The notes below the pieces were generated by a model, which saw only the letters and a list, made by a program, of their open reading frames with translations, made no database searches and was not told the DNA's origin. DNA of 42,768 nucleotides from Myxococcota bacterium (GTDB taxonomy: Bacteria > Myxococcota_A > Polyangia > Polyangiales > Houyiibacteriaceae). Below, piece by piece: positions 8,556-17,987 of the stretch; the stretch's first letter is position 1; the number at the start of each line of letters is the position of its first letter. The translations under genes and the position numbers were made by a program. The stretch spans positions 1-42,768 of the forward strand of contig JBCCAW010000002.1 in assembly GCA_039814655.1 (NCBI GenBank). Reading direction: 5' to 3'.

Positions 8556-11500
8556 TCAGCGAAGGCGGCGGCGGCGGAAGACGACGAGGGCGAAGAGGCC
8601 GAGGCTCACGGCCATGGCGCCCGCCGGCGGGCTCTTCGAGCCGGCCACGTGGCAGCCGCAGCCGCCGCTCGATGCCATCTCGGGCATGTCGTCGCCACCG
8701 TCCGCCGGCGGCATCTCCATGTCGAGCGGGGCCATGCCCATGTCCTCGTCCATCGGGCCCATGTCGGCGGGCCCCATGTCCTCGTCCATCGGACCCATAT
8801 CGGCGGGGGGCGGCGGCGCCACGAGCACGTTCACCGTCGTATCCGCCGTGTCGCTGCCGACTCCGTCGCTCACCGTGAGCCGGTAGGCGAAGAGCGTCGC
8901 CTCCAGCACCTCCGGCGCCAGGAAGCTGGCCAGAGGCGCGTCGCTCGCGTCGAGGGCCGGTGCGTCCTCGAGCGGCGTCCAGGCGAAGGTCAGCACGTCC
9001 CCGTCGGGGTCCGAGCTGCCGCTGCCGTCGAGCACCGCCGTCTCGCCGCCGAAGACCTCCTGGGGCGGACCCGGGTCCGCCGTGGGCGCGCCCGCGCAGT
9101 CGCTCCCGTCGCCCACGTAGGCCGGGAAGCTCGGTCCGGTCACGCCGCTCACCGTCAGATCGTCGATCTCCCAGCCCGGCGCGCCGCGGGCCTGGTCCGT
9201 GCCCACGCGGAAGCGGAGCTGCACGGTCTCGCCGGCGAGCACGCTCCCGAAGTCGAGCACCACCGCGTCCGCTTCCGGCGCCGACGGGTTGGTGCCGCTG
9301 AAGGCGCGCCGGTCGGAGAGCGGGTTGTCCGCGCGGTCCGAGAGCTGCCCGTCGTAGCCCGGCTCGAGCACGCCGGGGATCTCGACGTCGTTCCAGGTCG
9401 CCCCGCCGTCGCGGCTCACCTCGATGACGCCGCCGTCCCAGTAGACGACCTCATCGTCGAAGTCCGCCTCGAACTCGTAGCGGTGCGTGAAGGAAAAGAC
9501 GAAGCTCTCGGTGGCCGAGACCTCCATGGGCGGCAGCACCACCGCCGTGTCCGTGATGCCCGGCGCGTCCAGGGCTCGGAGCACGCCGTTGGCCGGCTCG
9601 GCCTCGCTCGGCACCACGGCCCACACGCCCGTGGTCCGCCCGTCCAGGCTCGACTCCGCGAACCAGGGCGGCTCCACCTCGAAGTCCGCATCGTCGCGAA
9701 GGCCGAGGTCCGCGCTCACGGCGAGCTCGAGGGTCGTCTCGACGGTGTCGCAGAGCGAGTCGTTCAAAAGCGACGCCCGCACCTCGAGGGGCGCGCCCGG
9801 GTCCGCCGGGTCGCCCACGAGGCGCACGGGCAGCAGCAGCTCCCGCGCCTCGCCGCGGGCCATGGGCGAAAGGGCGACGTTGCCCTCGCCGGAGGGGTCG
9901 AAGAGCAGACGCAGCGCCGGGTCGGACACCTCGACGTGGAGCGTCGCCGCTTCGAGGGGCAGGATGCCGAAGTTTCGGAGCTGCACGCGGAGCTCGCCGT
10001 CTTCGCCCACGTCGAGCACATCGTCGGCGTCGCAGCGCGTCCCGGGCCCGTCCAGGGCGAACTCCAAGGACTCGATGCGCGCGCTCGGCGAGAGCTCGAA
10101 GTCCTCGACCACACCCGAATGGTCGTTCGAGAACCGCGCCGGGCTCACGGCGCAGGTGCCCGCGCCGCGGCCGGCGAAGGCCAGAGCGATGACCCGCGCG
10201 TCCTCGACGTCGTTTTCGAGGGCCGCCAGCACGATGCCGTCCCGCTGCTCGGTGTAGGTGGGGTTCTCCGGCGCGAGCTGCATGCCCGTCACCACGTAGG
10301 ACATCATGCGCCGCTTGGCCTCAGCGAAGTCGTAGGGCGCCGCGGGCTCGCGGGAGCGGTCCACGAGGGCCCAGGTCGCGTCGAACATCATGGACGCCCA
10401 GATCTCGCCGGAGTTGTGCACCTGCGCGTTGTTGGCCGAGCCGCCGCCGAGGGGATGCTCCGTGGGCAGCGCCTCGCCCTGGCTGATGTGCCGGAAGCTC
10501 AGCGCGTTGAAGGCCGGGTCGTCCGAGTAGGGCACGCGGCGCACGCCGAAGTAGACCGGCGTTCGGCCGCTCAGGGCAAAGCTGCCCGCCGGGTAGGGCT
10601 CCCCGCGCACATCGTCCTCGTTCAAAAACGAGAGCAGGGCCATGTAGTCGCCCCAGCCTTCGCCCATGCCGCCGCACTGGTTGTTGCCGCAGCGCACGAG
10701 GCGGTTGTGAATGTAGTGGCCCCACTCGTGGGCGATGATCTGGTTGTCGAGGGACCCGGAGAGGTTGTTCACCGCCGAGAGGCGCATCTGCACCTCGTCG
10801 CCCTCGGCGTCCGCGAGGCGGCCGCCGTTGCCCTGGCTGACCATGGTGGCCGGGATGGTGACGGACGGGTCCTCATCGCCGCCGAGCGTCGTCGGTCCGC
10901 CGCCGCGGTTGTTCATGATGATGACGCCGACGGCTCCCTGGGCCTGCGCGTTCCGCACCTTGACGATGAAGTTGCAGCCGCCGCGGTCGATGAGCGCGAT
11001 GGTGCCCGAGAGGTCGTTGGTGATCGGCTCGCAGCCGTCGCGCGTCGATCCCGTCCCGTCGTCGACGAGGCGCGAGGGCGCGGTCACGTCGTAGGTGCTC
11101 GGGCCGAAGTTCGAGGCGCTCGAGGTGAAGAAGGCGCCGTCGAGACGCACGAAGCGCGAGCCCGTGTCCCAGAGGAACATCTGCATGCGCGGCGAGTTCC
11201 CGTCCGCCGGCGTCGCCATGTTGGCGTTGTTGCGCCCGCCGGAGTCGAAGCCCTCGGCGTTGATGCGGTCGCCGTCTTCGCCGCCGCGGCCGAAGTTGTC
11301 CTGCTGGGCGTTGCCCGCCGCCTCGTCGAAGCCGACGTCGTAGAAGGCGTCGTGGAGCCAGTTGATCACGTAGAAGAGGTTCGTGATGCCGGCCTGGTAC
11401 TGCGTGTCGTTGGCCGTGGGGTCCGCCTCCGGATCCCAGACGTGCGCGAACACGCCGGGCTGCGTCACCTGGGCCCGAAGGTCGCCGGCGCTGAAGCCGC

Positions 11501-12593
11501 TCGGCGCCGTGCGGTCCGCGTAGGCGTCGACGTTGTTGCCCGTCGTCTCCGTCGCCCCGTCGGGCAGCCAGGGGTCGCCCATGCCCGCCGGATTCGTGTT
11601 GAGCCCCTCCACGAGGAAGGTGTCCTGCGTCGTGAACGCCGGCCGCGGGCTGTCCACCACCGGCGGGTCGAGGGGCGTGGTGTCGCCGTAGGCGCCGTCG
11701 AAGGGCTGACCGCCAAAGGGATGGCCGCCCGGCTGCGCGTAGACGAGGTAGCTGAAGGTCTCGTCCTGCGTGAGCGAGCGGCGGAGGAGCGGCGCGCCAT
11801 CCTCGGCGCTCACCACCGTGGCGACCAGCTCCGAGCTTCCCTGCCCGTCGGGGATCCACAGCTCGGCGTAGTAGGCCGGCACGAGACGACGGGGCAGCGG
11901 GTAGAGCACGGGCCGGCTTCGCACCGGGCCCTCGAGGGCGTAGCCGGCGTTGCGCCCGGCCGGCGCCAGGGCGAAGTCCCGGTAGCCGTCGCGACGCTGC
12001 ACGCCCGGGGCAACCGCGCCGGGCACCACCGCGCCGCCGAGGTGGTCGGCGAGCGCGTGCGCGATGGCCTGACGCTCGCTCAGCGCGAAGCCCGGCGCCG
12101 CCGTCGGCACCGCCGCATGGAGCGCGCCGCCCGCACCCACCAGCGCGCCGGCCGCATCGAGCAGCAAGGTCATGCGCGACCCGTGCACGGGCAGGCCCTG
12201 TGCGCGCTGCTCGAAGACCACCACGTGGCCGCCGGACGGCGTCCGCCGCGCCAGCTTCACGCGCGCCGTCTGCAGCGCGCGGGGGCCAAGCCCGTAGGTC
12301 GGCGCGAGCGCGCGCAGCAGCTCTGACGCGCGCCCTTCGGCGCTCCAGGGGCCCACGGCCGGCGGGAGCGCGCCGGGCGCGGCCACGAGCAGCGTCGGCG
12401 CACCGCGACGCAGGTCCCGAGAGAGCACCGAGAGGCCCGCCGGTGGCGCGAGCTGCTGTCCCTGCGTGGGGAGGGCCTGAGCGTAGGCATCGAAGGCCGG
12501 GGCCCGAAGCTGGGCGGCAGCCGGCGCGGGCGCCAGCGCGGCCGCGAGGCCCACGAGCATCGCGCTCGCGCGGGCGAGGGAGTTACAGCGCAT
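8556..12593 (-). CDS. Giant secreted zinc metalloprotease (M36 fungalysin-like HExxH) with PA domain, PKD-like repeat and MYXO-CTERM-like anchor
   Basis: Signal peptide MRCNSLARASAMLVGLAAALAPAPAAAQ from ATG 12593. HEWGH zinc motif at 10716-10730. PA-domain-like IALIDRGGCNFIVKVRNAQAQGAVGVIIMNN and PKD-like DPDGDVLTFAWTP. C-terminus SSGGCGCHVAG plus TM plus RRRRLR. Confidence 0.8.
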   Translation of the reverse strand: MRCNSLARASAMLVGLAAALAPAPAAAQLRAPAFDAYAQALPTQGQQLAPPAGLSVLSRDLRRGAPTLLVAAPGALPPAVGPWSAEGRASELLRALAPTYGLGPRALQTARVKLARRTPSGGHVVVFEQRAQGLPVHGSRMTLLLDAAGALVGAGGALHAAVPTAAPGFALSERQAIAHALADHLGGAVVPGAVAPGVQRRDGYRDFALAPAGRNAGYALEGPVRSRPVLYPLPRRLVPAYYAELWIPDGQGSSELVATVVSAEDGAPLLRRSLTQDETFSYLVYAQPGGHPFGGQPFDGAYGDTTPLDPPVVDSPRPAFTTQDTFLVEGLNTNPAGMGDPWLPDGATETTGNNVDAYADRTAPSGFSAGDLRAQVTQPGVFAHVWDPEADPTANDTQYQAGITNLFYVINWLHDAFYDVGFDEAAGNAQQDNFGRGGEDGDRINAEGFDSGGRNNANMATPADGNSPRMQMFLWDTGSRFVRLDGAFFTSSASNFGPSTYDVTAPSRLVDDGTGSTRDGCEPITNDLSGTIALIDRGGCNFIVKVRNAQAQGAVGVIIMNNRGGGPTTLGGDEDPSVTIPATMVSQGNGGRLADAEGDEVQMRLSAVNNLSGSLDNQIIAHEWGHYIHNRLVRCGNNQCGGMGEGWGDYMALLSFLNEDDVRGEPYPAGSFALSGRTPVYFGVRRVPYSDDPAFNALSFRHISQGEALPTEHPLGGGSANNAQVHNSGEIWASMMFDATWALVDRSREPAAPYDFAEAKRRMMSYVVTGMQLAPENPTYTEQRDGIVLAALENDVEDARVIALAFAGRGAGTCAVSPARFSNDHSGVVEDFELSPSARIESLEFALDGPGTRCDADDVLDVGEDGELRVQLRNFGILPLEAATLHVEVSDPALRLLFDPSGEGNVALSPMARGEARELLLPVRLVGDPADPGAPLEVRASLLNDSLCDTVETTLELAVSADLGLRDDADFEVEPPWFAESSLDGRTTGVWAVVPSEAEPANGVLRALDAPGITDTAVVLPPMEVSATESFVFSFTHRYEFEADFDDEVVYWDGGVIEVSRDGGATWNDVEIPGVLEPGYDGQLSDRADNPLSDRRAFSGTNPSAPEADAVVLDFGSVLAGETVQLRFRVGTDQARGAPGWEIDDLTVSGVTGPSFPAYVGDGSDCAGAPTADPGPPQEVFGGETAVLDGSGSSDPDGDVLTFAWTPLEDAPALDASDAPLASFLAPEVLEATLFAYRLTVSDGVGSDTADTTVNVLVAPPPPADMGPMDEDMGPADMGPMDEDMGMAPLDMEMPPADGGDDMPEMASSGGCGCHVAGSKSPPAGAMAVSLGLFALVVFRRRRLR
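8737..8808 (-). repeat. 2 x 36-bp in-frame tandem duplication encoding a DMGPMDEDMGPA acidic Met/Pro linker
   Basis: cccatgtcctcgtccatcgggcccatgtcggcgggc (8737-8772) is repeated with 3 mismatches at 8773-8808. It sits just upstream of the C-terminal sorting tail of the protease. Confidence 0.8.
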
Positions 12594-12601
12594 ATCCCGG
12601 T

Positions 12602-12607
12602 AGCTTA
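12602..12607 (-). promoter_or_regulatory. -10-like hexamer TAAGCT, 8 nt upstream of the protease ATG at 12593
   Basis: The minus strand reads CCCTAAGCT-ACCGGGAT-ATG. This fits TAnnnT with no SD, and the spacing is slightly longer than in the other candidates. Confidence 0.25.
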
Positions 12608-12734
12608 GGGCAACCGAAGCGCTCGGCGCGGCGAGCATCGTTGCGTTTTCCGTTACAGGCCGTGCGCGCGGGAGCTTTCCCGGGAAGATCCGGCTCATAA
12701 CGGCGTCCGCGCGGCGCCGCTCTTGTGAGTACCC

Positions 12735-14030
12735 TCAGGCGAGGACGCGGCGGAGCGCCGCTTTCGTCGCGTCGAAGGCCGCCGTTTCGTCGCGGCCCTG
12801 GCGCAAGAACCCCTCGATGGCGTCCAAACGCGCGAGCGCCGCGTCGAGGGCCGGGTCGCTACCGGCGGCGTAGGCACCGAGGGAAACCAGGTCGCGCTTG
12901 GCCTCGTAGGCCGCGAGGTGCGCCCGGAGCGTGGCGGCGTCTGCGAGATGCTCGGCGCTGACGACCTGGTCCATCACGCGCGAGAGGCTCGCCAGCACAT
13001 CCACGGCCGGCCAGCGCCCGCGCGCGCCGAGGGCCCGGTCGAGCACGACGTGCCCGTCGAGAATGCCGCGCACCTCGTCGGCCACGGGCTCCTCCATGTC
13101 GCCGCCTTCGAGGAGCACGGTGTAGAAGGCCGTGATCGACCCCTCCGGGCTCGTGCCGCTCCGCTCGAGGAGCGCCGGCAGCGCGGCGAACACGCTCGGC
13201 GGGTAGCCACGACGCGCCGGAGGCTCCCCGGCGGCCAAGCCCACCTCGCGGCCCGCGCGTGCAAAACGCGTGACGCTGTCCATGAGCAGCACGACGCGCT
13301 TGCCCTGGGCGCGGAAGTACTCGGCGACGCTCGTGGCGACCCAGGCGCTCTTCAAGCGCACCAAGGCCGGCGCGTCGCTCGTGGCGCAGACGACCACGCT
13401 CCGGCGCCGGCCCGCGTCGCCGAGGCTGTCCTCGAGAAACTCCCGCACCTCCCGGCCGCGTTCGCCGATCAGGCACACCACGAACACGTCGGCTTCGGCG
13501 AAGCGCGCGATCTGCCCGAGCAGCGTGCTCTTGCCGACGCCGGAGCCGGCGAAGAGGCCCACGCGCTGCCCCTCACCCACGGTCAGGAGCCCGTCGAGCA
13601 CGCGCACGCCGAGGCTCAGCGGCCGCGTGATCCGCGGGCGCGTGAGCGGCGCCGGGGGCGGGCGCATCACGGGCCACGGGTCCCCTTCGAGGGCCGGGCC
13701 GCCGTCCACGGGCCGGCCGAGGCCGTCGAGCACGCGGCCGAGGAGCGCAGGGGACGCGCGCACGCTTAGCGCCTCCGCCGCCGGGCGCACGGGATCGTCG
13801 GGCCCCAGGCCCTCCGCTTCGCCGAGGGGCAGGAGCAGCACCTCGTCGCCCTCGAAGCCGACCACCTCGGCGCGGAGCGGCGCCGGGCCCGGCCCGACCT
13901 CGACCACCTGGCCCACGCGTCCGCCGGGCAGCACGGCGCGGAGCGCGAGACCGACGAGGGAGGTCACCCGGCCCTGGACCCCGACGGTGCCGACGCCGGA
14001 GAGGCGCCGGCTGAGCGCGTCGGCGTCCAT
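12735..14030 (-). CDS. sctN: Type III secretion ATPase (SctN/YscN/FliI family)
   Basis: 431 aa from ATG 14030. Walker [12 protein letters not shown] and Walker [15 protein letters not shown]. Also [46 protein letters not shown] and [12 protein letters not shown], typical of the FliI/YscN family. The ATG overlaps the dnaJ stop (TGATG). Confidence 0.85.
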   Translation of the reverse strand: MDADALSRRLSGVGTVGVQGRVTSLVGLALRAVLPGGRVGQVVEVGPGPAPLRAEVVGFEGDEVLLLPLGEAEGLGPDDPVRPAAEALSVRASPALLGRVLDGLGRPVDGGPALEGDPWPVMRPPPAPLTRPRITRPLSLGVRVLDGLLTVGEGQRVGLFAGSGVGKSTLLGQIARFAEADVFVVCLIGERGREVREFLEDSLGDAGRRRSVVVCATSDAPALVRLKSAWVATSVAEYFRAQGKRVVLLMDSVTRFARAGREVGLAAGEPPARRGYPPSVFAALPALLERSGTSPEGSITAFYTVLLEGGDMEEPVADEVRGILDGHVVLDRALGARGRWPAVDVLASLSRVMDQVVSAEHLADAATLRAHLAAYEAKRDLVSLGAYAAGSDPALDAALARLDAIEGFLRQGRDETAAFDATKAALRRVLA

Positions 14031-15136
14031 CAGTCGAAGAGCCGCTTGAGCTTGTCCAGAAAGCCCGCCTGCTGCGGCATGGAGTCCTCGCCGAGCTCCG
14101 CGGCGAGCTCTTCGATGAGCTTGCGCTGCTTCTTCGTCACCTTGGCCGGCACCTCGACCAGAATGGTGACGAGCTGGTCGCCCTTGCCCATGCCGCCGTA
14201 CACGGGGATGCCCTTGCCGCGCAGGCGGAAGACCTTGCCGGACTGGGTGCCCGGCGGGAGCTTCATCTGCACCTTGGCCTCGAGCGTCGGCACCTCGAGC
14301 GTCGCGCCGAGCACCGCCTGCGGGAAGGAGACGGGGACCGTGCAGAGCACGTCGGCCCCCTCCCGGCCAAAGAGCTCGTGGGGCGCGACGCGCACGGTCA
14401 CGTGCAGGTCGCCGGCGCCGGAGGCCGTCGCCTCGCCGGCGCCCCGGAGCGTGCGCACGGCACCATCCTCGACGCCGGCCGGGAGACGTACCTCGAGGCT
14501 CTCGCGCTGGGCGTTGATGCCCCGGCCCTCGCATTGGGCGCAGGGCAGGTGAATCTTGGTGCCCAAGCCGTTGCAGGCGGCGCAGCTCCGGTACCCTCCG
14601 AGGAAGCCGCGCTGCGAGCGCACCTCGCCGCGCCCTTTGCATACCGGGCACTCACTCACCTTGGTACCCGGCGCGGCGCCGCTCCCCTTGCAGGAGACGC
14701 AGGGCGCCGGGCGCTCGATCTCGACGTGTTTGGTGACGCCGAGCGCCGCCTCGACGAAGCTCACCTTGAGCTCGTAGGTCAGGTCCCGGCCGCTCCGGCG
14801 CCGGCGCCGGCCGCCGAAGACCTCGCCGAAGAGCCCATCGAGGATCTCGCCGAGGCCGCCAAGGTCCGCGGGGTCGAAGCCCGCAGACCCATCGCCACCA
14901 AAGGCCGCGTGCCCCAGACGGTCATAGCGGCGTCGCTGCTCCGAGTCGGAGAGCACGCGGTAGGCCTCGCTGGCCTCCTTGAAGGACTCCTCGGCGGCCG
15001 GGTCGCCGGGGTTTCGGTCCGGGTGGAGCTCCCTCGCCAGGCGCCGATAGGCCTTCTTCAGCTCGTCCGGCGGGGCGTCGCGGGGGACGCCGAGAACCTC
15101 GTAATAGTCGCGCTTTGCCACGGAGGCGTGGAGCAT
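14030..15136 (-). CDS. dnaJ: Molecular chaperone DnaJ (type I, with zinc-finger domain)
   Basis: J-domain [38 protein letters not shown] region and four CxxCxGxG repeats ([32 protein letters not shown]). ATG at 15136; the track ORF extends to 15274. Confidence 0.9.
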   Translation of the reverse strand: MLHASVAKRDYYEVLGVPRDAPPDELKKAYRRLARELHPDRNPGDPAAEESFKEASEAYRVLSDSEQRRRYDRLGHAAFGGDGSAGFDPADLGGLGEILDGLFGEVFGGRRRRRSGRDLTYELKVSFVEAALGVTKHVEIERPAPCVSCKGSGAAPGTKVSECPVCKGRGEVRSQRGFLGGYRSCAACNGLGTKIHLPCAQCEGRGINAQRESLEVRLPAGVEDGAVRTLRGAGEATASGAGDLHVTVRVAPHELFGREGADVLCTVPVSFPQAVLGATLEVPTLEAKVQMKLPPGTQSGKVFRLRGKGIPVYGGMGKGDQLVTILVEVPAKVTKKQRKLIEELAAELGEDSMPQQAGFLDKLKRLFD

Positions 15137-15341
15137 AGCGTCGCCGCGCGGTGGCGCCGCTGCCTTCGCGCCTGCCTGGAAATTTTTTCTCAGCTCCGCA
15201 CCGAGTTCCGCCGCAAGAGGCGCCCCGCCGCTCCAGGGCCGGGGCCCCCGCCGGCGTGAAGGAACCGAAATCATGAATGAAACACGCCACCGCGGCGGTC
15301 CTTGGCGGGGGGAACGGGCCTTGCACGGAGGTCACCTGCCC

Positions 15342-16109
15342 ATGCTGCGCCGTCTCCCACGCACCAAACTGCAGGCCGCTCCGCGCAGCGATTCGGCTGG
15401 TAACCGCGCCGTGGGTGACTGCGCCGTGGGTGACTGCGCCGTGGGTGACCGTGCCGTTCGCGGCGGCGTCCCGCCGCAAGTGCGCCGAAGCGCGCCCGGT
15501 CCCGCGCGCCGGGCGCGCCGGCAGGGTGGCTTTTCGCTCATCGAGCTGATGGTGGTGCTGCTCATCATCATCACCGCCGTCGGCCTCGCGGCGCCGACCA
15601 TCCGCGACGCGCTCGCGTCGAACCGGCAGCAGGAGCTGGCGCTGGCCATCGTGCGCATCGCCCGTGAGGCGCGCGCCCAGGCCGCATCGACGGGCCGGGC
15701 GCACCTGCTCGAGTTCAACGCGGCGGGCGCCGCGGGTCGGGGGCAGTTCTTTCTCTGGCGCGGCACGACCAACGTGTGCCGGAACAACGATTGGGCGGTG
15801 ATTCGCGCGCCCCTCGACTGCGCCGCGAACCCCAACTGCCGCGACATCGTCGACTCCGAGGACATCGAGGCCGGCAGCTCCATGCGCCTCCAGCTCGCAG
15901 CCTCCATCGCCGGCGGCGGCACCTTTTGCTACGAGCCCACGGGGGGGATGCTCTGGCCCATCGGCGGCCTGATCAACTTCACGGCGCTGAATCCCGGCGG
16001 CGGCGCCGTGACCATGCAGGTGCAGATGCAGGACACGGACGGGACGCCCGTGGGCGTGAACCGAAACGTGGTCTTCCCCATCGGCGGCGACGCGAGGATC
16101 CAGCGATGA
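15342..16109 (+). CDS. Minor (pseudo)pilin, FimT/GspH-like, with prepilin-type N-terminal methylation motif
   Basis: GGFSLIELMVVLLIIITAVGLA is a class III signal/cleavage motif. ATG 15342 has a GGAGG box 11 nt upstream but gives an unusually long leader. Alternative GTG 15480 gives a normal 17-aa leader (VRRSAPGPARRARRQGG/F). Confidence 0.7.
   Translation: MLRRLPRTKLQAAPRSDSAGNRAVGDCAVGDCAVGDRAVRGGVPPQVRRSAPGPARRARRQGGFSLIELMVVLLIIITAVGLAAPTIRDALASNRQQELALAIVRIAREARAQAASTGRAHLLEFNAAGAAGRGQFFLWRGTTNVCRNNDWAVIRAPLDCAANPNCRDIVDSEDIEAGSSMRLQLAASIAGGGTFCYEPTGGMLWPIGGLINFTALNPGGGAVTMQVQMQDTDGTPVGVNRNVVFPIGGDARIQR
15406..15457 (+). repeat. 3.5 x 15-bp tandem repeat (gcgccgtgggtgact)
   Basis: Units at 15406-15420, 15421-15435 and 15436-15450, plus a partial unit. 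It encodes AVGDC-AVGDC-AVGDR if the pilin gene starts at 15342, and is 5'-UTR if it starts at 15480. Confidence 0.85.
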
Positions 16110-16759
16110 GGCGCCGGCTTCGGAGCGCATCCGCACGGCGCGGCGGGTTCACCATCATCGAGGTAATGATGGCCATCACGGTGCTCGCCATCGGCGCCGT
16201 CGGTCTCATGGGCCTCGTGCAGGCCACGGTGCGCGGCAACCAGCAGGGGCGACGCATCACGACGGCCACGCAGGTCGCGCGCACCTGGCTCGAGCGCGTG
16301 CGTACGGACACCATCGGCTGGACCACCAACACGCCCGGGGGCACGGCGACGACCTGCTACCTGCAGAACGCGCCGGCCGTGGCCGTGGGTGCCTCGTCGG
16401 GCTGGTTCGTGCCCCAGCCCGGTGGCGCCAACTGCGTCGACGTGGGCGGGCTCCCGGCGGCCTCCGAGGTGGGCATCGCCGCCGGCGCGGCCTGGACCGG
16501 CGCGGACGCGGTGAACTCCTCCGGCATCGGCAACCAGGCCCGCTACTGCACGCTGCTTCGCGTCACCTGGGTCGTCGCCGGCGAGATGCTTCGCGCCGAC
16601 GTGCGCACCTGGTGGGACGACAGCAGCGAGGCGCAGCTCGCGCCGAACTGCGGCCTCGGCAACGAGGCGGACATCGTGGCCGAGCTCGACGGCCCCATCG
16701 AAGACACGACGCTGCGCTCCGTGGAGACCTCCACGCTCGTGCGCTGGAGGCAGCAATGA
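16106..16759 (+). CDS. pilV: Minor pilin, PilV-like
   Basis: MRRRLRSASARRGGFTIIEVMMAITVLAIGAVGL prepilin motif. The ATG overlaps the upstream stop (ATGA). Confidence 0.7.
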   Translation: MRRRLRSASARRGGFTIIEVMMAITVLAIGAVGLMGLVQATVRGNQQGRRITTATQVARTWLERVRTDTIGWTTNTPGGTATTCYLQNAPAVAVGASSGWFVPQPGGANCVDVGGLPAASEVGIAAGAAWTGADAVNSSGIGNQARYCTLLRVTWVVAGEMLRADVRTWWDDSSEAQLAPNCGLGNEADIVAELDGPIEDTTLRSVETSTLVRWRQQ

Positions 16760-17970
16760 ACGCGCATCGCACGCGGCCGGCGCGCCGAGGAGGCGGCCGG
16801 CGCGAGGCTGGCTTCACGCTGCTCGAGCTCATGACGGCGCTCGTGGCCGGGCTCGTGGCGGTCACGGCGACCTATCTCATCAGCGCCGAGACCTCGCGCC
16901 ACTTCAACGAGCAGGCCCGCGTCGCGCAAACGCAGACCAGCGTGCGCATGGCCATGGAGCAGCTCCGCCGGGACATTGCTCGCGCGGGCTTCTTCGGTAC
17001 GCCGAACACGCAGACCGAGCAGCGCTGCGTGAACGCGGCCTTCAACTACGGCGCCCTCGCCTACCAGGACGGCGCAGGCACGGCCGCGCTTCCCCTCGCG
17101 GGCGTCAACAACGTCGAAGCCGACCAGCTCACGCTCGTCGGCAACTACGCGACGAGCGACGGCTACCTCGCGCGCCCCGCCGGCGCCGCGAACAACGCGG
17201 TCATCGTCCAGGAAGGCTGGCAGGCCTTCCGGCGGAGCTTCGGGGCCCCGGAGATCCCCGCCGGCGGCGCCGGGTTCACGGCCAACGCCTACGACCCGAA
17301 CTTCTTCCAGGCGGTCTTCAGCCAGGACAACCAGCTCCATATCGAGACCACCGCGGGCAACCACTTCTTCGTGGCCATCCAGGGCAGCACCGGGGTGAAC
17401 CGGCAGGTGGCCTTCGCGCCGGGGACGCCGCCCAACCCGGACTGCGGCGACCTCACGGGGTCCACGGTCGCGCCGCTCTCGCGCATTCGCTACCGCGTGC
17501 TGGACCCGGCGGCGGACGCGCGCTTCGCCGCCCTCGTGAACCCGACGGATGCGGCCCGCGGCATCACCAACTCGGTGCTCATCCGCGAGCAGATTCAGTT
17601 CAACGGCGCGGACACGGTGGTCCCGGGCACCGAGCGCGTCATTCTCGAGTACGTCGCCAACTTCTCGCTCACCTTCGTCGTCGACAACCGGGCGCCGCCC
17701 TTCGCTGGGCCGCCCAACCTGGTGCTCCTCGACGACACGCAGGGCGCCCAGGCCTTCCTCGCCGCCAACCCGGAGCGCGTGCGCTCGGTCATCGTGGATC
17801 TCAGCGCGCGCACGCCGGACGCGGACCCGGGCTTCCGGCCCCTCGCGGGCAACCGTGACCCGGCCGCCAACGGGCCACTCACGCGCTACCGGGTCATTCC
17901 CAACCTCGACGCCGCCGCCCGCGTCCGCAGCATCCGGAGCGAAATCTTTCTCCCGAACGTCGCTCCCTGA
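16756..17970 (+). CDS. pilW: Minor pilin, PilW-like
   Basis: EAGFTLLELMTALVAGLVAVTATYLI prepilin motif; 404 aa. ATGA overlap with the pilV-like stop. Confidence 0.7.
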   Translation: MNAHRTRPARRGGGRREAGFTLLELMTALVAGLVAVTATYLISAETSRHFNEQARVAQTQTSVRMAMEQLRRDIARAGFFGTPNTQTEQRCVNAAFNYGALAYQDGAGTAALPLAGVNNVEADQLTLVGNYATSDGYLARPAGAANNAVIVQEGWQAFRRSFGAPEIPAGGAGFTANAYDPNFFQAVFSQDNQLHIETTAGNHFFVAIQGSTGVNRQVAFAPGTPPNPDCGDLTGSTVAPLSRIRYRVLDPAADARFAALVNPTDAARGITNSVLIREQIQFNGADTVVPGTERVILEYVANFSLTFVVDNRAPPFAGPPNLVLLDDTQGAQAFLAANPERVRSVIVDLSARTPDADPGFRPLAGNRDPAANGPLTRYRVIPNLDAAARVRSIRSEIFLPNVAP

Positions 17971-17987
17971 TCCCCGGCTTTTTCGTC

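Noticed and set aside
8649-12326. 1225-aa ORF on the plus strand opposite the metalloprotease gene
   Set aside because: It is antisense to a gene with clear motifs (HExxH, PA, PKD, sorting tail). Its translation is Arg/Ala/Gly/His/Val-rich with no recognisable motif or signal, which is the typical stop-codon-poor shadow frame of high-GC DNA.
12735-14651. 638-aa version of the ATPase ORF extending upstream through dnaJ
   Set aside because: The N-terminal 207 residues are Arg/Pro/Gly-rich and lie out of frame over the dnaJ coding region. The homology-like ATPase sequence begins at MDADALS (ATG 14030), exactly at the dnaJ stop.
15137-15341. Looked for a CIRCE/HAIR heat-shock operator or sigma-32 promoter upstream of dnaJ
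   Set aside because: No TTAGCACTC-N9-GAGTGCTAA-like inverted repeat and no convincing CTTGAAA...CCCCAT pair is present, so I make no regulatory call.
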